Virus record (IMG/VR): IMGVR_UViG_3300028844_006119
Location: 1 to 64,000 of that record
Strand: one strand, 5' to 3'
Length of the DNA: 64,000 bases
Source of the DNA: a virus
In this document: positions 7,585 to 15,582 of the stretch, piece after piece
How the letters are laid out: each line of letters opens with the position of its first letter
Numbering within the stretch: the first letter of the stretch is position 1
The notes under the pieces: model-generated
What the model saw: the letters and a program-made list of their open reading frames with translations, nothing else
The model's database searches: none
What the model was told of the DNA's origin: nothing
Program-made: the position numbers and the translations under genes

Positions 7585-7731
7585 TTATTCCTTCGGGCTC
7601 TCGGAATCCCCTGAGCACTTCTTACACCGAGTCTCCCCGTCTTTTAACTCTTCTCTGCTCCCGCAGGGACATTGGCGTACCTCCTTAGCAAGGCCTAGCG
7701 CCTCAATCAATGCGAACTTCATTTGGTCCAT
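7585..7731 (-). CDS. 48-aa Cys-rich putative Zn-binding protein (not in ORF track)
   Basis: GAGG RBS; MDQMKFALIEALGLAKEVRQCPCGSREELKDGETRCKKCSGDSESPKE. Confidence 0.65.
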   Translation of the reverse strand: MDQMKFALIEALGLAKEVRQCPCGSREELKDGETRCKKCSGDSESPKE

Positions 7732-7750
7732 CGGTCCCTCGAAAGTGTAA

Positions 7751-7837
7751 TGGTGCCCCGAGTGGGAATCGAACCCACACGCCTGTACAGGCCAGGGATT
7801 TTAAGTCCCGTGCGTCTACCGATTCCGCCATCAGGGC
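7751..7837 (-). tRNA. tRNA-Leu(TAA)
   Basis: Long variable arm, GGGA-CTTAAAA-TCCC, CCA. Confidence 0.96.
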
Positions 7838-7841
7838 GCAG

Positions 7842-8372
7842 CTATGATGCCCTTTTAGCAGAAAGAGCTTCCTTTTTGCGGAGCTTATCCCTGCGGTGAG
7901 CCACACGAACTCCGCATTTACGGGAGCAGTACATGGATTTCTCGCGACCTCTTCCCTCGCAGGGAGGCCAGGCGCAGGATGGGAGGTCCCCTTCCTCCTG
8001 AGGCCCCGCCCAGATGAGACGCAGGTCGGGGTCTTCATCTCCAACTCGATAAGGGAATCCTGGGATCTCGGAAGGCATGAGACGGAGCATGCGCTGCTTC
8101 TCTCGGTATCTCCTATCCCGCTCTCTCTTCTTCTTTCGGGCTTCCGCCTCTTTCCGATCTTCTGCCTCCTGGAGAAGGCGAGCGGACTCAGCTTTTTCAG
8201 CTTTTTCGAAGTTTGAAGAGTACTGGAGGACATATGTCTGAACCTGAGGTTCTCCGTAGAGTCTCCAGCCACAGACATAGCATCCTAGATACACCTCGTC
8301 TCGCCAGTTCATTTTGGTGGACTGGAGATAGACGTGGTGAGATCCACATTTTTGGCAGGGGGGCTTGCGCAT
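7842..8372 (-). CDS. multi-Zn-finger basic protein
   Basis: CQKC..CYVC, basic coiled coil, CAWPPC..YCSRKC; GGAG RBS. Confidence 0.7.
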   Translation of the reverse strand: MRKPPCQKCGSHHVYLQSTKMNWRDEVYLGCYVCGWRLYGEPQVQTYVLQYSSNFEKAEKAESARLLQEAEDRKEAEARKKKRERDRRYREKQRMLRLMPSEIPGFPYRVGDEDPDLRLIWAGPQEEGDLPSCAWPPCEGRGREKSMYCSRKCGVRVAHRRDKLRKKEALSAKRAS

Positions 8373-8420
8373 CGTCGTGTCTCCCAAAGTTATGTACGTT
8401 GGGTTTCTGAGGCAGGGGAG

Positions 8421-8448
8421 AGGGAGAGAGGCTCCAGCCTCTCTCCCT
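8421..8448. terminator. strong hairpin after the Hc1-like gene
   Basis: AGGGAGAGAGGCT-cc-AGCCTCTCTCCCT; no clear U-tract. Confidence 0.5.
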
Positions 8449-8458
8449 ACTCCCGACT

Positions 8459-8644
8459 CTACTTCTCGAGATTAATGCTGGCCTTGCGGAGCGCCTTGAG
8501 GCGCTTCTCTAGGGCCAGGGTCGTCTTTCGAAGGTTCCGATTGGCGGTCTTCCAGCCGTATTCGCGAGCGTCGATCTTTTCGCAGTCGTCTTCGTGTTCT
8601 GCCAGCATCTCAATAAGTGCGGCGAGTTCGTCTAGTAGGCTCAT
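8459..8644 (-). CDS. histone H1-like Hc1 family protein
   Basis: EDDCEK..GWKTANRNLRKTTLALEKRLKALRKASI resembles the Hc1 core (D.EK...GNK.A..R.RK....LEK..K..RK.SI). Confidence 0.65.
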   Translation of the reverse strand: MSLLDELAALIEMLAEHEDDCEKIDAREYGWKTANRNLRKTTLALEKRLKALRKASINLEK

Positions 8645-8667
8645 TTGTTCCTCTGTGTTTTTATGGG

Positions 8668-8741
8668 TAGGTCTGCTCGGAGTTGAACCGAGGCACTCTC
8701 GCATATAAGACGAGCGCTCTAACCGACTGAGCTACAGACCC
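8668..8741 (-). tRNA. tRNA-Ile(TAT)
   Basis: Cloverleaf, CTCGT-CTTATAT-GCGAG, discriminator A; 3' end reads A-CCCA rather than A-CCA. Confidence 0.9.
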
Positions 8742-8974
8742 AGATGGCATTCTTGGGTGTCCCCTGCATCATTTCGTACGCACTGCCCCAATTCCTCCGC
8801 AACCCTCAGGTAGTGCTGGTAGTTCGTAAAGAATCGGGGGTCCTTATTGGTCTGAGACAGGCGGTACCACCTTATCGCGATCCCGACGTAGTCGGGCTCC
8901 GCTACTAAGGTCTTCTTCAGTCTGGTTATGCCCAGGTTTCCCTCCTCTTTTACGGAGGTAGTTGGCCCTCTCAT
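8732..8974 (-). CDS. hypothetical protein (80 aa)
   Basis: GGAG RBS; fills the gap between tRNA-Arg and tRNA-Ile. Confidence 0.5.
   Translation of the reverse strand: MRGPTTSVKEEGNLGITRLKKTLVAEPDYVGIAIRWYRLSQTNKDPRFFTNYQHYLRVAEELGQCVRNDAGDTQECHLGL
8920..8953 (-). promoter_or_regulatory. repeated promoter-like motif (copy 6; intragenic, upstream of tRNA-Ile/Hc1)
   Basis: GTAAAAGAGGAGGGAAACCTGGGCATAACCAGAC (TAAA-N18-CATAA). Confidence 0.4.
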
Positions 8975-9028
8975 CGTTCAATCTCCGGAGGGTTGGTAGA
9001 TCCCACATCTCAGTGTCCTCAAGTAAGG

Positions 9029-9105
9029 TGGTACCCCGACCTGGACTCGAACCAGGGACCCTCGGCTTAGAAGGCCGATGCTCTATCCAGCTGAGCTACC
9101 GGGGC
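9029..9105 (-). tRNA. tRNA-Arg(TCT)
   Basis: Cloverleaf, TCGGC-CTTCTAA-GCCGA, CCA. Confidence 0.97.
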
Positions 9106-9157
9106 GTGTTAAGGTATTTTGCCTCCGTAAGCAATACTACAAAAAAAGGACAAAGAA

Positions 9158-9391
9158 ATGTTTGGGCGCATCCAAATTATAAACAACCAGGAGCAGAAGC
9201 ACTCCGCCAAGTCCACGTACAACGCAATCTGCGTTTACAGTGAGTTTGGTACTTACGAGACACTGATGCTCACCGAGAACGAGCTAGCGAGAGTCCGAGG
9301 CCGGGCTGAGAAGAACCCGGAAGATCAAATTCAGATCTCATCGCTATCCCGCTTCGTGATGGCTATCCTCAGGGGGCTACGAATCCTTTAG
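9158..9391 (+). CDS. hypothetical protein (77 aa)
   Basis: AAGGA RBS, plausible composition. Confidence 0.65.
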   Translation: MFGRIQIINNQEQKHSAKSTYNAICVYSEFGTYETLMLTENELARVRGRAEKNPEDQIQISSLSRFVMAILRGLRIL

Positions 9392-9721
9392 ACGCTGCTT
9401 CCATGTCTGGGACTCTTTGCTCCAGTCATACGAGCGGAGCAGAGGCCCTTCCTCGCCCACAATCCTGCGGTGAATGACATCTACGTCATCCAGCCAGATG
9501 CGCTCGTCTCGATCATGGATGGCCAGGACGATGAGGTCGTCGTCGTCCGCAAGGAGGCCAATCAGAAGAGCGTACCGGATCTTCTCCCCCCGGGGGGTAG
9601 TAGTGGTGTTGCTCTTTGCGCACTCCCAGAGAAGCCCCTCTTCTGTAAGTTGAAGTTGGTCCCCGGTGGAAGGGAAGTACGTCTTGGGGGAAAGGCTTCC
9701 CCGTCTGCCTCGTCGTGCCAT
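9377..9721 (-). CDS. hypothetical protein (114 aa)
   Basis: AGGAG RBS, upstream motif. Confidence 0.7.
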   Translation of the reverse strand: MARRGRRGSLSPKTYFPSTGDQLQLTEEGLLWECAKSNTTTTPRGEKIRYALLIGLLADDDDLIVLAIHDRDERIWLDDVDVIHRRIVGEEGPLLRSYDWSKESQTWKQRLKDS

Positions 9722-9752
9722 GCTCTTCTCCTGCGGCTATGGATTTTCTGAC

Positions 9753-9788
9753 GTAGTGGTTATGCTGTTTTATGTCGAACTTTTTATC
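9753..9788 (-). promoter_or_regulatory. repeated promoter-like motif (copy 7)
   Basis: GATAAAAAGTTCGACATAAAACAGCATAACCACTAC (TAAA-N18-CATAA). Confidence 0.5.
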
Positions 9789-9800
9789 AGGACAACTTTC

Positions 9801-10046
9801 GTGAATGAAACTATCCCAGTTCCCGGCCAGACGATAGCCTCTTTCCTGCGAAAAAATGGAAAGTTAAGTGCTGGTGCGCGGTTAGGAGTCGAAAAAAGGT
9901 CAGGTAAGAGATGGGAGCAGGTTTCGCTGAAGTACCGGGTCCAGGATGGTGATAGGATTCGGGTTAAGGCCGCCAAGGGCTCCGCCCGAAATGCCCTGGG
10001 TCTCACGGCCCTTGCCCGCGCGATAGTCCTGTCCCAGAAGAGGTAA
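9801..10046 (+). CDS. small basic protein, possible beta-grasp (ThiS/MoaD/TGS-like) fold
   Basis: AGGA then GTG start; PGQTIASFL...YRVQDGDRIRV pattern; no C-terminal GG. Confidence 0.5.
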   Translation: MNETIPVPGQTIASFLRKNGKLSAGARLGVEKRSGKRWEQVSLKYRVQDGDRIRVKAAKGSARNALGLTALARAIVLSQKR

Positions 10047-10049
10047 CCG

Positions 10050-10796
10050 ATGCCTTCCTACAAAGTGATGACGCATTCCCTGGCGGAGCAGTCGGCCAAC
10101 CTGGCGGACGTGTTCTCCGCTGTCCCCGTGCTCCCGCTCGCGAAGGCCAAGATCCGTAAGCAGGCCCGAGAGGGTCTTCCGACTCATCCCGGACTAAGCG
10201 CCACGACGGTAGCTTCTCTGGTCGACGGATTCATCCTCTATCGCTACGGCTGGTGGGGCGCGAGCTATACCGCCCCTGCCGAGAAGATCCTGAAGCACTC
10301 TTTCCGGGAGGCATGGGCCCGGAGAAAGGCCCGACCGCAGCTCAGCGATGAGATACCCAGAACGATCAAGGGTCGGAGCGCTACTATCCCCGTGACCGAC
10401 TACACAAATCTCCTGGTATCGGAATCCAGCGGGGTTGTTACTCTATCTTTTAATGTCGTGCCGGTGTACGCGGACGGCGCGTACCCTACGGGGTATGTGG
10501 CGACAATGGAGCAGTCGGCCTCACAAGAAGCGCTGTTGGGAGTTCAGATTATCCCGGTAGACACTCTGAACTCTTTTGGGTACCCGGCGACCACGAAGGA
10601 AATAGTCTGCGAGGCTCGGGTCCAATTTAGCGATGAGGTTCCTATGTCCTCCGGGGAGACCCTTCAGTTGTTCTTCGACCTTATGCTCATCGCAGTAGAT
10701 CGTCCCCACGACGAATATGGAAACGATCTGGCCGACGTGGGGGGCTCAGTAGTGGGATGCAAATACTCCCTCCAGATCCCGGTGACCGTGCCGTGA
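10050..10796 (+). CDS. hypothetical protein (248 aa)
   Basis: GAGG RBS, operon packing. Confidence 0.75.
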   Translation: MPSYKVMTHSLAEQSANLADVFSAVPVLPLAKAKIRKQAREGLPTHPGLSATTVASLVDGFILYRYGWWGASYTAPAEKILKHSFREAWARRKARPQLSDEIPRTIKGRSATIPVTDYTNLLVSESSGVVTLSFNVVPVYADGAYPTGYVATMEQSASQEALLGVQIIPVDTLNSFGYPATTKEIVCEARVQFSDEVPMSSGETLQLFFDLMLIAVDRPHDEYGNDLADVGGSVVGCKYSLQIPVTVP

Positions 10797-10948
10797 AGCT
10801 GCCCCTCCTTAGCCGAGCCCGGTGCCCAAAGTGCCTGGCCCCGAAAGCGGAAAGACTGCGGACAGAGAAGGAAGCCTCCGTCTGGCGATGTGTTCAATGC
10901 GCCAACGAGTTTCAGGTGAAGATATTAAAACTTCATAAATCGGGTTGA
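10793..10948 (+). CDS. small Zn-ribbon protein
   Basis: GTGA overlap; CPKC..WRCVQC. Confidence 0.6.
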   Translation: MKLPLLSRARCPKCLAPKAERLRTEKEASVWRCVQCANEFQVKILKLHKSG

Positions 10949-10979
10949 CTGTAAGCACGTTTGTTAGTACATCTGGCAT

Positions 10980-11408
10980 ATGAGTTCGCCAGACGACCCA
11001 AATAACCCCATCAACCAGTTCCGTGCAGACGCGGAAAGACGCACCCCCGAGCCCTCGGCTGGGAGATCTGCGGCCGATGACGTCATTGACGCCATTGGAG
11101 GCTCGAGGCCCAGCAAGGGACGTGCGGCGGGGTGCCCCTCCTGCGAGAGTGCGCAGGTCACAACGACGTACCCTCTGGGCAGTGCTCCGCGGAATACGTG
11201 CGGGGCCTGTGCCCACAAGTGGTACGGGGCTCCGAGATCCGTGGCCTCCCTTGTCCTAGCCAAACTCGGCAGTCCCCAAACAGCTGTAAAGGGCCCCTTC
11301 TATCGTGGGAGCGCCGCATTGCCACCCTCCACGGATCGGCATCAGCCGACATCTAGACGAAAAGCAAAGCCCCTGTCGACGCACAGAAAAAAGACTAAAG
11401 GAGATTAG
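10980..11408 (+). CDS. Zn-ribbon protein
   Basis: CPSC..CGAC; basic tail. Confidence 0.65.
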   Translation: MSSPDDPNNPINQFRADAERRTPEPSAGRSAADDVIDAIGGSRPSKGRAAGCPSCESAQVTTTYPLGSAPRNTCGACAHKWYGAPRSVASLVLAKLGSPQTAVKGPFYRGSAALPPSTDRHQPTSRRKAKPLSTHRKKTKGD

Positions 11409-11412
11409 AAGA

Positions 11413-11679
11413 ATGGATACCCCCGAAGCCGTTTCCCATCCCATCGACCTCAAGAAGGAAGACTGCGCTGTAGTCTTCCATGCCGATGGCACTCTGAATG
11501 TATACGTCCCCTCCCGAGAGCAGGGAGAGGCCGTGCCTCCGCAGATGCTGTACACGCTGTTGGTTCAGGAGATGCTCAAGGACCAGTTCATGCTCAAGGT
11601 CCTCACAGACCGCGTCGTCGCACAGGGCATCCTGGGCAAGCAGCAGGGCGAGCCCGCAAAGGAGAGCCCCGATGCCTAA
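11413..11679 (+). CDS. hypothetical protein (88 aa)
   Basis: AGGAG RBS, coding bias. Confidence 0.7.
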   Translation: MDTPEAVSHPIDLKKEDCAVVFHADGTLNVYVPSREQGEAVPPQMLYTLLVQEMLKDQFMLKVLTDRVVAQGILGKQQGEPAKESPDA

Positions 11680-12490
11680 GAAGACCCCGGTCGGCCAGAG
11701 GGGAGGCTCGGTGTCCTTTCACGACGAGCCTCCGTCCTCGTCCGCCAAAGAGAAGTACAAGAACATCATTGCGCGGGCTAAGTCGCGAGAGCGACAGCGT
11801 CCCGGGGACCTGGAAAACACCCCGCGCTTTGACGAGGTGAACACCTCCTGGGAGGCTCCTGCTCAGGCTACACAGCTGTCAGACAAGACTACTGCGGGCC
11901 TGCAGGCGGTTGCAGAGGCAACCAACGCTGCGGCAGTAGAGCGTGCCGAGGCCGAGGCCGCAGAGACCATGTACGACTCCGACGGTCTCTCCGCTCCCCA
12001 GAACATCCCAGCGGCGCAGGTGGAGGAAGAGGAAGAGGAGACCCTCACCGAGAACGAGAAGCTCCGTAAGGCCGTCGAGGATCGCATCTCCACGAGCATC
12101 GACATCGGGCACTACCTGATGAACGGTGAGGCTACTCAGGCCGTTCCGATCATCCCAAATAAGCTGATCGTCAAGTTCCGCACCGTGACGGATCTCGAAG
12201 AGGGCTACGTCGACAACGAGCTCGCAAAGGAAGGCGACATGACTACTCGGGCCTTCCTACGGAAGTCTAACGAGTGGGCCCTGGCTTTTCACATTGCAGA
12301 GGTCAACGGGGTCAAGTGGCCGCCAGTCCGGGACGGGGACGGCACCGTGAGCGATAAGTCGATTAACCGTCGCCTCAGTCACGTCCGCAAGCTGTCATCC
12401 CCCATCTTCAGCCTGATCACCCAAAACCTCGCATGGTTCCTGGAACGCGTGCAGGACTCGCTGAACCAGGAAGCCCTGGGAAATGGCTAA
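11672..12490 (+). CDS. putative tail assembly chaperone (G-like)
   Basis: AAGGAG RBS; disordered acidic N-terminus, VKFRTV..LAFHIAEVNG domain; ends CTG GGA AAT GGC TAA with a slippery heptamer. Confidence 0.6.
   Translation: MPKKTPVGQRGGSVSFHDEPPSSSAKEKYKNIIARAKSRERQRPGDLENTPRFDEVNTSWEAPAQATQLSDKTTAGLQAVAEATNAAAVERAEAEAAETMYDSDGLSAPQNIPAAQVEEEEEETLTENEKLRKAVEDRISTSIDIGHYLMNGEATQAVPIIPNKLIVKFRTVTDLEEGYVDNELAKEGDMTTRAFLRKSNEWALAFHIAEVNGVKWPPVRDGDGTVSDKSINRRLSHVRKLSSPIFSLITQNLAWFLERVQDSLNQEALGNG
12478..12484 (+). other. programmed -1 frameshift site G GGA AAT
   Basis: X XXY YYZ heptamer in the correct phase just before the stop; the -1 frame stays open to 12849. Confidence 0.7.
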
Positions 12491-12849
12491 ACACTCCGTT
12501 GGGCTGGGCCCGAGCCAACGTTCTGTACGACTGCTCCAAGCAGCCGCCGAAGCACGGTTCGCTGATGGAAGTGGTCTTATTGATGGTCTTCAACAGCAGA
12601 GTGGCCCAAGGGATGGCAGCTACTAGGGCTGTCGCACAGGCGTCTATCGGCGGAGAAGCCGCCGTAGAGGCATTTACAGAGTACACAGACATCGTAACTA
12701 AGAGAGTCAAGGACAAAAAGAAGTCGGACATGAGGGAAAAGCTAGACAAGCTCAAGGATATGCAGATGGTCAAGTTCCGCCCTGCGGAAGGCATCGGTAT
12801 CTCAGGCAAGAAGGCTCGACTTCGTTCGGTTCGTAGGAAGGAAACATGA
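12478..12849 (+). CDS. -1 frame extension (T-like part of a G-T fusion)
   Basis: GKWLNTPLGWARANVLYD...; no good independent RBS/start. Confidence 0.65.
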   Translation, partial: GKWLNTPLGWARANVLYDCSKQPPKHGSLMEVVLLMVFNSRVAQGMAATRAVAQASIGGEAAVEAFTEYTDIVTKRVKDKKKSDMREKLDKLKDMQMVKFRPAEGIGISGKKARLRSVRRKET

Positions 12850-13103
12850 AAATTGTAGCTCTAATTGACGTACATCCCCTGACAGAGAACCACAAGAGGG
12901 GCCTCTCCATGCGGATCGCGGCCGACGGACAGATGTTCGATCTTCCCATCAGCAAGGAGCAGGCCACCCTGCTGCTGTCGAAGATTGCGCCAGAGCGTCC
13001 GGCTCCGCCAGCTCCTCCCAGCCCAGAAGAGATGAACCTGTTTGCGCAGTTCACCTCGGACGTTGGAATGGACGAGGAGTTCGATGAGGACGACGACCTA
13101 TGA
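12846..13103 (+). CDS. hypothetical protein with acidic tail
   Basis: ATGA overlap, AAGGA RBS. Confidence 0.7.
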   Translation: MKIVALIDVHPLTENHKRGLSMRIAADGQMFDLPISKEQATLLLSKIAPERPAPPAPPSPEEMNLFAQFTSDVGMDEEFDEDDDL

Positions 13104-13426
13104 CCGACGACTTAGTCCGACTCGAGTACAAGCTCGATTTGATCCTTCACGCCCTAATGGACAAGGGGATCATGGTATCCGATGTCCCTGGAATTGAAGG
13201 CATCGAGAAGGACGACTGCCCCGTCTGTGGGGGAAAGATTTCGCTCGTACCCCACTACAACTCCGAAACTCTCCAGTATCGCTGTGGGTGTCGCCTACCC
13301 AAAACCATTGTTCCGGGGATTTCGGAACTGACCGCACACCCAGAGGAAAAGAAACATGACAATTTCAGGACTACCCAAGACCCCGACCTACTCCAACCAG
13401 CGCAGGAAAGTGGTGGCAGCAGCTGA
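13100..13426 (+). CDS. Zn-binding hypothetical protein
   Basis: CPVC..CGC; ATGA overlap. Confidence 0.7.
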   Translation: MTDDLVRLEYKLDLILHALMDKGIMVSDVPGIEGIEKDDCPVCGGKISLVPHYNSETLQYRCGCRLPKTIVPGISELTAHPEEKKHDNFRTTQDPDLLQPAQESGGSS

Positions 13427-13712
13427 CGTTGCTATCCAGCAGGTCCAGGTCGTCGACAAGGCGGGGCAGGTACGCTCCATCGTCCTGTGGCGGTGCGGTC
13501 CTGACGTCCTGTACGCCGACAACCTGGATGGGCTGTTTGACTCCGCACGACGCAAGCGAGCGCCTTCTTGGCTCACAGAGCAGTTGTCTTCCCTTACCCA
13601 GGATCGTCAGTTCCACTCTGACGGGACGGCCAAGGCCGGTGCGGTAGAGTCTGGCGATGACACCGGCCACATCCCCACGGACACCGATGCCCCAGACTTC
13701 GTGCAGGGGTAG
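13356..13712 (+). CDS. hypothetical protein (118 aa)
   Basis: GAGG RBS, coding bias. Confidence 0.65.
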   Translation: MTISGLPKTPTYSNQRRKVVAAADVAIQQVQVVDKAGQVRSIVLWRCGPDVLYADNLDGLFDSARRKRAPSWLTEQLSSLTQDRQFHSDGTAKAGAVESGDDTGHIPTDTDAPDFVQG

Positions 13713-13714
13713 TC

Positions 13715-14056
13715 ATGAAGATTCGACCCATGCCGGGGTGGGCGTTGTGCAGGACCCTCCCTCACGCAGAGAAGACTGCAGGCGGCATATTCATCCCCAA
13801 GGATGTGGACAAGGAAGTCACCTCTGAGGGGGTAGCCGAGGTCCTGGACATCACCCCCAAGCGGGGAGGCTCTATCCCCTTTGAGAAGGGGGATAAGATC
13901 ATTTATCGTGGATTTCTCCGATTCTGTAACCAGGTGGGAGAGATGTATGGAGAGCACAGAGCCTGTGAGTACTTCTTGCTTAACCTGGACGACGCTCTCG
14001 CCGTAGTGACCGGTCCTACCACTGTGGGTCTGTACGGCGAATATGAGGTGTCGTGA
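13715..14056 (+). CDS. groES: GroES/Cpn10-like co-chaperonin
   Basis: MKIRP..., mobile loop EKTAGGIFIP, GDKIIY, YFLLNLDDALAVV. Confidence 0.85.
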   Translation: MKIRPMPGWALCRTLPHAEKTAGGIFIPKDVDKEVTSEGVAEVLDITPKRGGSIPFEKGDKIIYRGFLRFCNQVGEMYGEHRACEYFLLNLDDALAVVTGPTTVGLYGEYEVS

Positions 14057-14229
14057 TGAAGAAAGACGAGAGACTCCAGGTAAGAGTTACGGCAGAGCAG
14101 GCCGCATTCCTAAAGAGCTACGCAGCCTCCAAAAAACTTACAATCAGCCAGATGATGCGAGACTTCATTAACTGGCTGAAGAAGCGCGAACAGGGAAGGA
14201 GGGATGATGGAGCCCAAGAAGACTCGTAG
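14056..14229 (+). CDS. ribbon-helix-helix DNA-binding protein (57 aa, not in ORF track)
   Basis: MKKDERLQVRVTAEQAAFLKSYAASKKLTISQMMRDFI; GAGG RBS, TGATG coupling. Confidence 0.75.
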   Translation: MKKDERLQVRVTAEQAAFLKSYAASKKLTISQMMRDFINWLKKREQGRRDDGAQEDS

Positions 14230-14719
14230 GGTCAGAGTTACCGAGTCCCACTCAATTCCCCGAGCCACCGTGACCGGCCTTATGGAGGCATTCCAGGATG
14301 CCTTTCGGGGCAGGGATAAGCCCGTCCGCGTCCTCTACACCAAAGGCGAGGACTTGCTGGTCGAGAGATCGGTGATGTCCGGGGGAGAGGAGGACCCGTC
14401 CTCCCTGCTCACTCCCTACCAGATGGTCCGCCAACACGCGGAGCTCGAGATCCAGGAGGCACTAAGAGACGCACTTCTGGCCTGCTGTCTTGCGGTCCAA
14501 GAGCTACGTGCCCAAAGAGTCCCGATCACTTTCATCGTAGTGCAAGATAAGGAGCAATTAACCGCCTGGCTCCCAGAGGGCGTCCGCTTAGAGACGCTAT
14601 TCGGCGTAGAGCTTTTTGTGGACCCTGAGACCGCGGAGGACTGCCTGTTCTTTTGTGGGTCTCAGATTAGTCCTATGATCAAAGACGTAGAAAAAGCAAT
14701 CTGCTGCAGGATGGTGTGA
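14204..14719 (+). CDS. hypothetical protein (171 aa)
   Basis: AAGGAGG RBS. Confidence 0.75.
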   Translation: MMEPKKTRRVRVTESHSIPRATVTGLMEAFQDAFRGRDKPVRVLYTKGEDLLVERSVMSGGEEDPSSLLTPYQMVRQHAELEIQEALRDALLACCLAVQELRAQRVPITFIVVQDKEQLTAWLPEGVRLETLFGVELFVDPETAEDCLFFCGSQISPMIKDVEKAICCRMV

Positions 14720-14720
14720 G

Positions 14721-15068
14721 ATGGCGTGTGTTGGAAGTTGTAGTATCTATGAAAAGCGCCCCCAATTTTGTAGGGACTATCCCCAGGTTCAGGACTTTGT
14801 GCCTCCCGGGTGTACGTTTCACTTCATCGGAGAGGAACGTCGCGGTAGTTGCCAGCCCAAAGTGTGTGGCAACGAGATCTGCTGTGCCTGGCCCCGAGAA
14901 GGAGGCGAGCCGGAGGGCAAGTCCCTGGACTCCTTGGCCGGAGGCGCCCCGTGCAAGCATCTATCGTGGGAGGAGCTGGACGCAGAAAAGACGGCCTCCG
15001 TGGACGACCCAGAATCGGCAGACCTAATAGCGTCCGTTCTGATTAACGAGTTCCTGCGGGATATGTGA
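14721..15068 (+). CDS. YkgJ-like Cys-rich (Zn/Fe-chelating) protein
   Basis: CSIYEKRPQFCRDYP signature, CGNEICC. Confidence 0.7.
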   Translation: MACVGSCSIYEKRPQFCRDYPQVQDFVPPGCTFHFIGEERRGSCQPKVCGNEICCAWPREGGEPEGKSLDSLAGGAPCKHLSWEELDAEKTASVDDPESADLIASVLINEFLRDM

Positions 15069-15069
15069 A

Positions 15070-15582
15070 ATGCTAGAGAGACACATAACAGCCTCGAATA
15101 TTATCGAGTTGATCGAAGAAAGCTCCAACGACGACAGAACTTCCCATAAGGCACTCCTCAGAGTAGTGGGCCCGGAGAGGGCCTGGTCTGGCCTGATGCT
15201 CGAAGTCTTGAGAGTCCCCGAGGAGGGATCAGACTTTATCGTGTCCGTGCGAAAGGAGTACTTCCTCTCCGACGAGAACAAGCCCTCGTTCGTCTGGGTT
15301 CTGATGATCTGGGGAGACCTCCTGCAGGCATTTTCCGAGATCGGACCCGTACTGCAAGCTCACAAGACTCACAAGACGCCACGCAAGTCCCCGGTAGTAG
15401 GAAAGGGCGGGGCATCTTCTCCCAAGGCCAAGGGGTCCCACACGGTGGTGACTGAGTCGGTGTCCACAATCCCTTTGCCCTTTCGCCGAGGCAATAGAAA
15501 TGACCCCGGCGTTACCCGCAGCCTAAGCAACAGAAAAGGGGTCGGCGCGTTCGTCTCCACTATCCAAGACGGAGGGATGTGA
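15070..15582 (+). CDS. hypothetical protein (170 aa)
   Basis: Operon packing. Confidence 0.7.
   Translation: MLERHITASNIIELIEESSNDDRTSHKALLRVVGPERAWSGLMLEVLRVPEEGSDFIVSVRKEYFLSDENKPSFVWVLMIWGDLLQAFSEIGPVLQAHKTHKTPRKSPVVGKGGASSPKAKGSHTVVTESVSTIPLPFRRGNRNDPGVTRSLSNRKGVGAFVSTIQDGGM

Noticed and set aside
7618-7650. GTTAAAA..GGTGTAAG as a further promoter-motif copy
   Set aside because: The core reads TGTAA rather than CATAA, the spacing is off, and it lies inside the 48-aa Zn-finger ORF.
9801-10046. Ubiquitin-like conjugation system
   Set aside because: The beta-grasp-like protein lacks a C-terminal Gly-Gly, and no E1, E2 or JAB genes are visible in the window.
10945-10975. Sigma-70 promoter TTGACT-N17-TACATC before 10980
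   Set aside because: The -10 box is weak and it is a single instance; plausible but not supportable.
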